NCBI GenBank assembly: GCA_018396535.1
Contig: JAGTQC010000006.1
Location: 29,047-93,046 of the forward strand
Reading direction: 5' to 3'
Origin: Candidatus Bathyarchaeota archaeon
GTDB lineage: Archaea > Thermoproteota > CALKCG01 > B24 > DRYS01
DNA length: 64,000 nucleotides
A model generated the notes under the pieces. It did no database searches. It had not been told where the DNA came from and saw only the letters and a list, made by a program, of their open reading frames with translations. Of this stretch, positions 29,141 to 38,716 are shown piece after piece (the stretch's first letter is position 1; the number at the start of each line of letters is the position of its first letter). The position numbers were made by a program, and so were the translations under genes.

Positions 29141-30561
29141 CTCTGCTCACCAGTCTTAATCTTCCTAACGATAACCTTCCTAGCATATATCCTAGCATCC
29201 TTGAATGTTATCCTTAAGGATACCCCTGGTCTAGTCGTAGGTATCACAGCTTCAACTGTAGGTGCTGAAACTACCGGTACCTCAGGTTTAGCCTCGGCAA
29301 TCTTAGCCTCCTCAGCTTTAGCTTCGACTACAGGCACTGGTTTAGTCCAGCGTTTAACTACTGGATGACCCTTATCCTCTAGCCACTTCTTAAGTTCATC
29401 TACATTAGAAACATCCTTCTCCGTAGCTATCTTATCCAGTAGTTCATCTGGTACGAAGCCCTTTACCCTCTCCTTAATAGCTGATGGAATCCATACAACC
29501 CTCTCCCATCCGCCATCAGCCTGAAGGAATTTAGGAGATCTAAGATACTCTATGGAAACACCATGGAACCCATCAACTTGTCTACCACCAGCTGTAGCAT
29601 CTGCTAAAGCTGCGAATGTAAGACCATTCACCGTCGGACCTTTAAAGTCTCTATGAACAATACCTATACCATCGACTTCCGGTATATAGAATGCTACACC
29701 CTCAAAGCATCCACAGCTAGTATGAGGGTAGCCGAACATAGTGTAGAGCTGTACACGTTCTATAGCTCCTAATGAGCGGGCTTTCGTAGCCTCGTTCACA
29801 CCTATATACTCACCCCTCACTGGATCTAGTAGCTCACCCTTAGGTATGGGGAATATAGGGCCTTTAGGATCTATACGCGCAGCAGCTCCACAGTCAAACC
29901 AGCTCATAGCTCCACAGTTAGAGTATCTTTGAGGAGTTATCACGCATACATGTGTAGGTGCGAAGCTTTGACATAGGACGCATCCGTAGAATGTATCAAC
30001 TTCCTCATCCCTCAGCCCCCTAGCCCTAGCATCCCTCTTCTCATATACTCTTATAGCTTCCTCCCATATCTCAGCAACTTTATCGGGATCCGTTATGAAG
30101 GTAACCTGCATCTTCTCTATTATCGGAAACTCTGATTTAAATAGACGTATAAGTACGAGGCCTAGATACTTGAAGCTATTAAGCCCCTTATTGTAGCTAG
30201 CTTTACTAAGCCTACACCATATATCATACCTCTGATTTAAATGCATAAACCCCTGTATATAGTTTAGATACTCATGTATACGTCTCTCGAAGACACCTTC
30301 CAGATCCTCTGAAAGCTGACTTCCAGCAACTTCTACATATATACCAAGCCTATAGCTACCCCCCTCCTTAAGCTGATGTATATCCGGGCCTATAACGGAG
30401 ATCCTTCCATCCTCGATCTCCTCTAACGATTTAACTCTAAGAAGCTCAAACTTTTTATCAACCCTAGGTCCTCCAAACTCTACGTACATATCTTCTCTAC
30501 GAATACGCTCCCCCTCATAGGCTATACCTACATCTACAGGTATATCCTGAAACATAGACAT
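29137..30561 (-). CDS. cdhC: ACDS beta subunit (acetyl-CoA synthase, intact A-cluster)
   Basis: CVLCQSFAPTHVC...CGA and PHTSCGCFE (CGC at 29707-29715); Pro/Ala/Glu linker plus C-terminal extension. Confidence 0.96.
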   Translation of the reverse strand: MSMFQDIPVDVGIAYEGERIRREDMYVEFGGPRVDKKFELLRVKSLEEIEDGRISVIGPDIHQLKEGGSYRLGIYVEVAGSQLSEDLEGVFERRIHEYLNYIQGFMHLNQRYDIWCRLSKASYNKGLNSFKYLGLVLIRLFKSEFPIIEKMQVTFITDPDKVAEIWEEAIRVYEKRDARARGLRDEEVDTFYGCVLCQSFAPTHVCVITPQRYSNCGAMSWFDCGAAARIDPKGPIFPIPKGELLDPVRGEYIGVNEATKARSLGAIERVQLYTMFGYPHTSCGCFEGVAFYIPEVDGIGIVHRDFKGPTVNGLTFAALADATAGGRQVDGFHGVSIEYLRSPKFLQADGGWERVVWIPSAIKERVKGFVPDELLDKIATEKDVSNVDELKKWLEDKGHPVVKRWTKPVPVVEAKAEEAKIAEAKPEVPVVSAPTVEAVIPTTRPGVSLRITFKDARIYARKVIVRKIKTGEQS

Positions 30562-30564
30562 AGA

Positions 30565-31113
30565 CTACATCACCCCAAAACTATCTGCAACCTTCTTAAT
30601 AAAGGAATACCATTCACTACCTTTGACATTGGGTAGAGACCAGTATGCATGAGGATGATAGTATGGATCTAAACTAATAGTGGAGATCTTCGGAGCAAAG
30701 TGCTTAAGGCCTGATAGTACGAGCCATAGAGTTATGTATGGGAATCCTATGAAGCCGACTAGATCATATCCTCCAACTCCATCAAAGCCAGTCCAGCTAG
30801 AATCCCTCAACCTATCACCAAGTTCATACACAGATATAGAGGCTACGGTAGGTATACCAACTTCCTCAAGTCTGTAAGCCGTATTTCTAGAAGCTACTAT
30901 AGTGAATAACTTTGTGGAATGGAGGAGACGAATAAGCTCTACAGTATCGACTCCTTCAATCCTATCTAGAGCTTTAGATCCTGCGACTAGGAGTCTACGA
31001 TTAGCCCTCCTCAATATAGCTACCAGGGATTCAGGTCTAGGTATGATAGCGGCTTTCCTAGGTCCAGGTATCTCGGCTGTAGCCCAAGGCTCGGGGAATC
31101 TATACGTAGACAC
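30565..31113 (-). CDS. cdhB: ACDS epsilon subunit
   Basis: EPW..AEIPGP.KA, W.GFDG.G.YDL, LKHFA, YHP.A..S. GTG start at 31113 follows an SD GAGGTGA. Confidence 0.92.
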   Translation of the reverse strand: MSTYRFPEPWATAEIPGPRKAAIIPRPESLVAILRRANRRLLVAGSKALDRIEGVDTVELIRLLHSTKLFTIVASRNTAYRLEEVGIPTVASISVYELGDRLRDSSWTGFDGVGGYDLVGFIGFPYITLWLVLSGLKHFAPKISTISLDPYYHPHAYWSLPNVKGSEWYSFIKKVADSFGVM

Positions 31114-31120
31114 CGTAGCG

Positions 31121-33457
31121 TCACCTCTTCCTGACAAGCCTAGGTAGAAGTGTTGGATCTGGTATAGGCTTCTCACTCCACCCCTTACTCTTGAGAAACT
31201 CTAAAACCTCGGATTTCAGGGTTAAGGGTATATCAGCCTCCTTCCTCACATATAGGTGTAGATCATCTGGTAGACAGCCGAGATACTTCTTACTCAGATC
31301 TATATAGTGTGAAAGCTTTATAGCTCTCCCTTTACTCGTATCATTAGGTCTCATACATAGCTTAGCTATCATAACTATAGCCTCTTCCTTACTCTCAGCA
31401 GCTACGAATAAATGCTCCGGAGCTGGACCAGAATAGACTCTATCACCAGTCCTCGCATCGTATACATACCATGAATTCTCATCATCCCTACGACCTAGTA
31501 GGAGTCTCCTATACTTAGCCCCATGAGGGCCTACGATAACTGGTACACCTAGACGCCAGAATCCTGCAGCTATAGCTGCAGCCTTCTGACTCATAGCGCC
31601 CCAGGCTATACCTACAGCTCCAACCCTATTCAATATATAGTCGGCTATTTCCTCATAGTTAGCTCTAAGATTCCTCTTAGCGAATATAGCTGCAATCTTT
31701 ATAGCTGCACCAGCTATATGGCTATTCGATATGCATGAACCTACATTCACTAATCCACCTGCATCGAATGTTCCAGTATACTTCTCATATAGAGATCTAC
31801 CCTCATCATCCTTAGCCATAGCTAACGTCATAGCAGCGCATCCAGAAGCGACCACTATATAGTTTCTCTTCAAGAATTCCTCAGCTATCTCCACTATCTC
31901 TCGCCCACCATTATAGTAGTTAGAGCATCCTACAAAGGCTATAACACCAGGTATTTCACCGAAAACTATAGGTCTACCGACATTCCTTATCTCTACATCC
32001 TGTATAGGACCTCTACCAACCCTAATTTTAAACCTCTCATTTCTCCATATCTTTCTAGCACCTTGAATTATAACGCTATGTACAGGTATTCTCTGAGGGC
32101 AAGTCTCCTCGCATTTACCACACCCTATACAAATTTCGTATAGATATGCGAGGGCATTGAAATCTCCTTTAGAAGCTGCATTAATAGCTTCAGCGATGGG
32201 TAGATTATTAGGGCATGCTCTCTCACAGAATCTGCAACCTCTACACTTAGAAGCTAGAGTTTTCAAATCCTCATCTGATGGCAGGGATCTAATCTTCTGT
32301 CTATACGGGAATATCTTCAAAGCAGTCTTAACAGCTAGCTCACCCACTCTATCAGGATCTAGGAATAGTATACCCGGCATAGACCCGCTTACAAGCTTCT
32401 CTACTATAGAATCTATAGGTTCACTAGTAGCATCTGGTAGACCCATACACTTCTCTATAGAAGTAGCGATAACAGGAGCCTTTACTCTAGCAGCTTCTAG
32501 TAGTATATCTGCTCTTATACACTGCTCATCGACTACTACTACATCTGGTAGACCACTTCTAACGAATCTAAGCTGCCACGATAAGGGTCCTACTATCTTA
32601 GCCATAGGATTATATCTGGATACATCATGTGCTGTACAACATATACCCGCAACCTCTACGGCTCCATACATCCTATTCCTAACTAGATAGTCTACTATAG
32701 ATGCAGCCGATGGAACGTTATGACCTACGACGAGTATAACAGGTTTACTCTGATCTATAGCAGCTAGACCTATCTCTACAAGAGGGGCTTCAGGATCACC
32801 CTTCGGGTATCCTAAAGCTACTATCTGAGCTAGATCTGCTATCTCTAAAGCTACATGATCCAGCATACCAGCATGGAATACTTTAGATTCAAAATCGATC
32901 CAGCTATCTTCTTGACCAGTATGCGTAGCAGCTAGTAGAGAGATTATCTGTTCCTCTACATAGCTTAAAGCATCCTCAAGATCACCTAAGATCCTAGGTT
33001 TTATACCGCATACAAGCCTGATTATAGGCGCCTCCACATATATGTTACCGCCTAGATCTATAGGATGATCCCTACCATACTTTGATACAAGGTATTCGAG
33101 TAGGTGTCTAGCGTGAGCTGCATGAGTCGCTGCGCCTATACAAGCTGCTAGTAGGACTATACGGGATTGCTGTGCAGGCATATCTATACCGCATGCTCCC
33201 CTCTTACCTGATGTTAGATCACATTTACCCATCGTGCATAGGCAGCATAGATCGCAGAATGGCATATAGAATGGCTTATACCTCTCTAATAGTATATGAT
33301 CCCACCGTCTTAGATCGGTTATCGATGGGAAGGGTGTAGGTCCAAGAGGCTCCTCCCACTCCTCTAGTATCCTTCCGAAAGATATTTCAAGCCCTTCAGC
33401 TTGAAATATATCTGATACCAGCTTCTTAATTCTAAGATTAAAATCCCTTCTAGACAT
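31121..33457 (-). CDS. cdhA: ACDS alpha subunit (archaeal Ni-CO dehydrogenase)
   Basis: CDLCCLCT.G.C, GHNV, GICCT, DEQC, two ferredoxin motifs, GCS, SGC, GSC C-cluster ligands. Confidence 0.97.
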   Translation of the reverse strand: MSRRDFNLRIKKLVSDIFQAEGLEISFGRILEEWEEPLGPTPFPSITDLRRWDHILLERYKPFYMPFCDLCCLCTMGKCDLTSGKRGACGIDMPAQQSRIVLLAACIGAATHAAHARHLLEYLVSKYGRDHPIDLGGNIYVEAPIIRLVCGIKPRILGDLEDALSYVEEQIISLLAATHTGQEDSWIDFESKVFHAGMLDHVALEIADLAQIVALGYPKGDPEAPLVEIGLAAIDQSKPVILVVGHNVPSAASIVDYLVRNRMYGAVEVAGICCTAHDVSRYNPMAKIVGPLSWQLRFVRSGLPDVVVVDEQCIRADILLEAARVKAPVIATSIEKCMGLPDATSEPIDSIVEKLVSGSMPGILFLDPDRVGELAVKTALKIFPYRQKIRSLPSDEDLKTLASKCRGCRFCERACPNNLPIAEAINAASKGDFNALAYLYEICIGCGKCEETCPQRIPVHSVIIQGARKIWRNERFKIRVGRGPIQDVEIRNVGRPIVFGEIPGVIAFVGCSNYYNGGREIVEIAEEFLKRNYIVVASGCAAMTLAMAKDDEGRSLYEKYTGTFDAGGLVNVGSCISNSHIAGAAIKIAAIFAKRNLRANYEEIADYILNRVGAVGIAWGAMSQKAAAIAAGFWRLGVPVIVGPHGAKYRRLLLGRRDDENSWYVYDARTGDRVYSGPAPEHLFVAAESKEEAIVMIAKLCMRPNDTSKGRAIKLSHYIDLSKKYLGCLPDDLHLYVRKEADIPLTLKSEVLEFLKSKGWSEKPIPDPTLLPRLVRKR

Positions 33458-33574
33458 AACTTTTTCATCTAGATGATATTCTATACAGATTGTTATGAGT
33501 TAAGAGTTCATTACGTAATGTTAATAGTATAGCTTCTACAGAATATCGTATGAGCATATTCGGAGGATACGAGC

Positions 33575-34348
33575 TTGAAGCGTAAAGGATTCGTCATATC
33601 TGTATCAGGTAAGGGTGGCGTAGGTAAAACACTCCTATCAGCCCTACTCCTTAGAACATATCTAGATGAAACAGATAAGACTATACTCATGGTTGACGGT
33701 GATCCAGCTACTAATCTACCTGAAGTATTAGGAGTAGAGATTAAGGGTACTGTAGCATATATAGCTGCTAAACTCAAAGATGATATACAGATGGGTAGGA
33801 TAAGCTACGATGCTAGTAAGAGAGAGATGCTGGAGGGATGGATATATGAGATACTAGTGGAGAATCCTAGATTCGATCTGCTAGCTATGGGTAGAGGTGA
33901 AGGTGAGGGCTGCTACTGTAGCGTTAACTATATGCTTACACTAATACTAACTAACCTCATAGCTAACTACGATGTAACGATAATGGATATGGAGGCAGGG
34001 TTGGAGCATATAAGTAGGAGAGTTGATAGCGATGTGGATTTGATGCTCATAGTTACTGATAGATCACGTATGGGTTTGAAGACGGCTGCTAGGATAAAGG
34101 AAGTAGCTGAGGAGGTTCACGTAGATATTAAACGTATGGTACTCATAGGTAACCTACTAGAGGAGGAGGATGAACATATAATTAGAGATTACGCGAATAG
34201 CATAGGCTTAGAGTATGGCGGATACATACCGTACGATGAGAATGTATCCCTATATAATATGAAGGGTATACCTATACTTAAGCTACCAAACAATAGCCCC
34301 TCTCTCCTAGCTGTTAAATCTATAGCTAGAAGGTTATCCATACTTTAG
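33575..34348 (+). CDS. cooC: CooC/AcsF nickel-insertion ATPase
   Basis: GKGGVGKT, D.DP..NL, GEGCYC, DMEAGLEH.SR. Confidence 0.92.
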   Translation: MKRKGFVISVSGKGGVGKTLLSALLLRTYLDETDKTILMVDGDPATNLPEVLGVEIKGTVAYIAAKLKDDIQMGRISYDASKREMLEGWIYEILVENPRFDLLAMGRGEGEGCYCSVNYMLTLILTNLIANYDVTIMDMEAGLEHISRRVDSDVDLMLIVTDRSRMGLKTAARIKEVAEEVHVDIKRMVLIGNLLEEEDEHIIRDYANSIGLEYGGYIPYDENVSLYNMKGIPILKLPNNSPSLLAVKSIARRLSIL

Positions 34349-35683
34349 GGATTTGATTAATATTGGAAGATCTTTAGCTTTAACAGGTCCTACTATAATG
34401 TTAAACCCCAGGGTTTCTAATTCAGGTTTTATACTCGAAGCTAAACCTGGGATGATTATAGGTACTCTATCTATATCTACTCTATCTCTATAAGCTTGGA
34501 GAGCTTCGGCTATCTGTCTAGCTGTAAACTTACCACCACCTATAGCTGAAGCTACAGATAATCCGCCAGTATCGATTACTAGAATCCAGCACCCTATACC
34601 TGAAGCTTCGAGTATTCTCCTAACTATATCGAAGGTTAAAGCATAATTGGATGTGACAACTATAGGTGCTGATCGTGAAATCGATCCGATACTATATATC
34701 CCTGGATTCACTATCCTAGGTCTCCTAGGATCGGTATAGATAGATTGTTTAAAGATCAGTAGGCCCTCGATGAACACCCTACTCATCGACCTGGGCAAGA
34801 TAACTATCGACGAGTATCTAAGAAGCGATGCGATCGATGCAGCTAAACCTTCATAACTATCGGAAATATCCTTTAGATCGACTAGTATAGGATAACTAAA
34901 TCTTTTATCACCTTCTAAAGCCCTCTTCCTTATACCTAAAGTATACCTTATAAGTTTACCAATGCCATGGTAGCGTATACCTAGGATAATCTTCTCTATA
35001 CCTGCATCCTCAATCCTAGCTGTAAGTTCACCTAGTGTATCGATATCTTTTGCTAAAAGTACGATGGGATAATCCTTCACAGATACTACATCCATAAACT
35101 TCTCCAAGGATATCAGCGATGTATCTATCATGATAGCAGGCTTCTCGCCCTCCAACAACCTTAAAGCCGATAGATACGCATCAAAGTTATCAGCTTTCAA
35201 TATTAGAGGTTTACATGTATATTTACGAAAGATACGTAACCTATCCTCCATAGATTCCTGGGTTACACCGCTCATATCTACGAGGTATAGATCTATAGAT
35301 AACTTCAAACCCATACGTTCCATTACAATCGAATCTATACGTGAAACTACACTTCTAACTTCATACATATTCGACAATAAATCTATGGTATATGCTAACC
35401 TAGCCTCCCTTCTAAACCCTCCATCATGCCTGAATAACCCCTCCTCCCCTCCTACCTCTATCGTAGAAGAAAGCGAAGATATGGGTATGGGTCTCACGGG
35501 GGGCATAATTAACGCGGATATTTTAGCTTTAGATTGAGGTGTAAGGAATGGACATAAATCTGGTGTTGCTTCACCACTAGTAAGCTTAGCTGCAAAGGCT
35601 AGACAAGTAGTTACACCGCATCTACCGCAGTTCCTTCTAGGTAGAAGCATGTATATCTGTAGAGGCTGAACTTTCCTGGACAT
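34334..35683 (-). CDS. Divergent second CoFeSP large subunit (AcsC/CdhE-like)
   Basis: NCGRCG..TCLAFA..CP, FRH, IYTDP, TSNYALT, DT.GLSV, IIPG, VGP motifs kept; TIM barrel diverged. Confidence 0.85.
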   Translation of the reverse strand: MSRKVQPLQIYMLLPRRNCGRCGVTTCLAFAAKLTSGEATPDLCPFLTPQSKAKISALIMPPVRPIPISSLSSTIEVGGEEGLFRHDGGFRREARLAYTIDLLSNMYEVRSVVSRIDSIVMERMGLKLSIDLYLVDMSGVTQESMEDRLRIFRKYTCKPLILKADNFDAYLSALRLLEGEKPAIMIDTSLISLEKFMDVVSVKDYPIVLLAKDIDTLGELTARIEDAGIEKIILGIRYHGIGKLIRYTLGIRKRALEGDKRFSYPILVDLKDISDSYEGLAASIASLLRYSSIVILPRSMSRVFIEGLLIFKQSIYTDPRRPRIVNPGIYSIGSISRSAPIVVTSNYALTFDIVRRILEASGIGCWILVIDTGGLSVASAIGGGKFTARQIAEALQAYRDRVDIDRVPIIIPGLASSIKPELETLGFNIIVGPVKAKDLPILIKSLKYG

Positions 35684-35686
35684 AGA

Positions 35687-36550
35687 TTATACCTCCCTTC
35701 TAGATAATTCACCTATCAACCTCCTAGCGTATAGCAGAACCTCTGGATCTAGGAGAACGATTATATCAACCGAAGATAGGATGTAAGCTGAAGCCGTTAT
35801 CATCTCCCAGACCATACCCCTAGATATTGATAGGTCGTCTAGGTATACTTCAAATGAATCCCAAGCCTCCCATGTGAAAGCAACTATAGGTATAGATAGG
35901 ATTGGATCCCCCCTACCATATAGTAGCTTAGCTTGTTCTATCAGATTATATGTATCTTCAAGCCCTAGGCCTAGACCTGTAGATGCGATATCTAGAGTGA
36001 TACGTTCGATCGGGAAGCCTGTATCTACTATGAGTTGTATGAGTTGCTTAGCTTGATTTATATCCGTAGTAGATCTAGCTAGGAGGTTCTGTGTATAGAT
36101 CGATGCTAAAGCTGTATATGTCCTATAGTTACCCATATCCGCTGGACCGATTATAAGCTCATACTCTCCAGCCTTCTCGACTATACCTTCAAGAATTGAG
36201 CGGCTTGAAGCCGAGTCTGCAGCTAGGATTATCGAAGGCTTTCCCACCCCATCTAGGATCGATAGGGATAAATCCACGTAGCGGTCAAAGCTACCAGATT
36301 CTACACCTTCAGGAATGATGATGCATATTAGATCAGGGTTAAACTTGGTAGAGATATCTATTGCTAACTCATCAACTCTATCTATTTTTAAACCTCTAGC
36401 TATGTATATACTTCTATGTATATCATCTATATCTAACGGTATCGCTAAGGCTAGTAATGGAGGATTCCAATCTGACATATCTAGTGAGAGCTTATTAGCC
36501 TTAACCTCAATCATATAGGAGCGCATCGATCTGAGGATCATACTTCTCAT
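35687..36550 (-). CDS. Divergent, N-terminally short CoFeSP small subunit (AcsD/CdhD-like)
   Basis: NY, DIN.AKQL, GLG.GLE.TY...E, GD..L..P, AW, WE..TA. Confidence 0.78.
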   Translation of the reverse strand: MRSMILRSMRSYMIEVKANKLSLDMSDWNPPLLALAIPLDIDDIHRSIYIARGLKIDRVDELAIDISTKFNPDLICIIIPEGVESGSFDRYVDLSLSILDGVGKPSIILAADSASSRSILEGIVEKAGEYELIIGPADMGNYRTYTALASIYTQNLLARSTTDINQAKQLIQLIVDTGFPIERITLDIASTGLGLGLEDTYNLIEQAKLLYGRGDPILSIPIVAFTWEAWDSFEVYLDDLSISRGMVWEMITASAYILSSVDIIVLLDPEVLLYARRLIGELSRREV

Positions 36551-36554
36551 ACAC

Positions 36555-38627
36555 CTAGAACATCAATACTGGTGGAAGCTCTAGGACTGGATGCTTAACC
36601 TTGATAAGCCATTCTAGAAGCTCGTTTAACGTTCTAGCAGTATTCTCATCAGCTATCTTCTCAGGTAGATCTGGGACGCCTTCTTCAGCACATCTATTCC
36701 TAAACTCTTTACCTAGAGTCTCTTTGAGAGAACTAGGCATCCAAACTATACGTTTCACTCCATCCTCAGCTCTGAAGTATTTACGACTTAGAATCCATCT
36801 ACGTGAATGCCCTAGGAATCCAGGCATCTGTAAACCACTAATCATACCTGCGAGTGTGGAGAAGGATAGACCTATAGGTGTTTCGCCTCTATAACTATAG
36901 TCTACTACCATTATACCGTTACACTCAGGTATGAAGACTGATATACATTCAAAGCTAAGCGTGGATGTGGTAGGGCTAGAAACTAGGCTGTATAACGATG
37001 TTCTATTGATAGCTCCATGGGTAAGCTGTGATATAACTTTATTAACACCATCCCACTCACCTCTAAATACATCTATAGGCTTACCCCTGTCTATAGGTCT
37101 GATACCTGAGGCTTCGCCTCTAAGTTCGTAGGCAATCTCTGCATCGATATAAGTTACCGTACCGCAAAGGCCTGGTCTTTCAGGTGTGATTACGCATACA
37201 TGATTGGATAGGAAGCTTTGACATATAGTACATGCATAGTATCTCCCTACATCTTCATCTGTTAAGCCTACCAATCTGCGATCTCTCTCATCGTATATCG
37301 TCTTAGCTATCTCTAGAAGCTGAGTAACTAAAGCTTCATCAGTATATATCTTAACCTGTAACCTATCTATTATATCACCGTACAGTCTCTTTAAACCTAC
37401 ATAAAGCATCAAACCTAGATGTCTAAGCCTAAAACCTTTCTCCACACCTCTTCTAGTTATCCTTATCCAACCAGAATATCTCTGCCCTACATGCCAAGTT
37501 TCTTCACCGTAATTTATCACTCTATGTATACTTCTCTCTATTATGGGTTCATACTCCTTCTTCATCCTAGCTCCCGCGACTTCTACTAGTATACCAATAG
37601 GTTGAATAGATCCTTCAGTCATGGAATCTATATCAGATCCTACAACTTCTACACTTCCATCCATAACATCCTCCAGCTTACGGGATACTACAAGCTCAAA
37701 GTATGGCTTTATATTTCCAAACTCTACATAGACATCCCTATCCCTAACACTCTTCCCTTCATACACGCTACTGAAACCTATCGGAAGCTCCTTCTCTAGG
37801 ATCTCTAATATACCTAGCCTACTACATATCGTTGATAACACATCCTCGATTCTATCGACATGGATAACACTAGTGCCATAGCCTAGTCCAACCGATGTAA
37901 CAATACATACACCTAGATCTGAGATTGCGTCAAGAAGCATAGATTCGATATGCTTTGATATGGTAAGCAGAGCTACCCCCATACGTATCCTTTTACCTAG
38001 ATACTCATGTATCTCTTTACGCTCAATCGGATGACCTGAGGTCGATAGAAGTCTTATAGCTAAACCTATAGAGTATACTAGCCCATCGACAGGATCAGTA
38101 GATATGTGCTTTATCAGCCCCCTTCTACCGTCTATTACAAGTCCTCCCTCGAATATTTCTTGAAAACGATTGGATACGACGAATATCACGAAACCTAGAC
38201 GTTGAGCTTTAGATAAAAGTTTCTCTAAGGTTAACGGATCATCCCCTACAACTACGATTAACCCTGGTGATATACCTGAGATAAGCTTTAACGCATAGGT
38301 TTTAGCTTCGTTAATATTCATGGGATTTAGAGACGGCTTAGATAATATAGAGTTTAATAGGATTCTCAACTCGTATATAGATAGGGTAGCTAAACTCTTA
38401 ATCGATGGATCGCTGCTCATTAATAATTCGGCTAACTCATCTATTACCTCCTTGAGATCTTCTAGACTAGATATATTCCTGCCTAGAAGAAGAGAAGATA
38501 TGATAGGGGGAAAATAATTAATGTACATCTTCATGGATTCTTCATACTTACTTCTAGCAATGTTGAATAGCTTTGCTAATTCATCTACGAATTGGATCGG
38601 TGTAGATTTTACATCTTCAGATTTCAA
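36555..38627 (-). CDS. Divergent bacterial-type acetyl-CoA synthase (AcsB-like) lacking the Ni-binding Cys-Gly-Cys
   Basis: 690 aa with AcsB-type N-terminal domain; INYGE..WH.GQR; CTICQSF..HVC..TPERPGLCG; PTTSTLSFEC where TSCGCFE is expected; RIVWMP. Confidence 0.85.
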   Translation of the reverse strand: MKSEDVKSTPIQFVDELAKLFNIARSKYEESMKMYINYFPPIISSLLLGRNISSLEDLKEVIDELAELLMSSDPSIKSLATLSIYELRILLNSILSKPSLNPMNINEAKTYALKLISGISPGLIVVVGDDPLTLEKLLSKAQRLGFVIFVVSNRFQEIFEGGLVIDGRRGLIKHISTDPVDGLVYSIGLAIRLLSTSGHPIERKEIHEYLGKRIRMGVALLTISKHIESMLLDAISDLGVCIVTSVGLGYGTSVIHVDRIEDVLSTICSRLGILEILEKELPIGFSSVYEGKSVRDRDVYVEFGNIKPYFELVVSRKLEDVMDGSVEVVGSDIDSMTEGSIQPIGILVEVAGARMKKEYEPIIERSIHRVINYGEETWHVGQRYSGWIRITRRGVEKGFRLRHLGLMLYVGLKRLYGDIIDRLQVKIYTDEALVTQLLEIAKTIYDERDRRLVGLTDEDVGRYYACTICQSFLSNHVCVITPERPGLCGTVTYIDAEIAYELRGEASGIRPIDRGKPIDVFRGEWDGVNKVISQLTHGAINRTSLYSLVSSPTTSTLSFECISVFIPECNGIMVVDYSYRGETPIGLSFSTLAGMISGLQMPGFLGHSRRWILSRKYFRAEDGVKRIVWMPSSLKETLGKEFRNRCAEEGVPDLPEKIADENTARTLNELLEWLIKVKHPVLELPPVLMF

Positions 38628-38716
38628 TTACTGATGGTGACTATATAGGCATACATAAATGTAAATATTGCTTATATAAAGTCTAGGATTATACGTATAT
38701 GGTGGCAATCTTGCAT

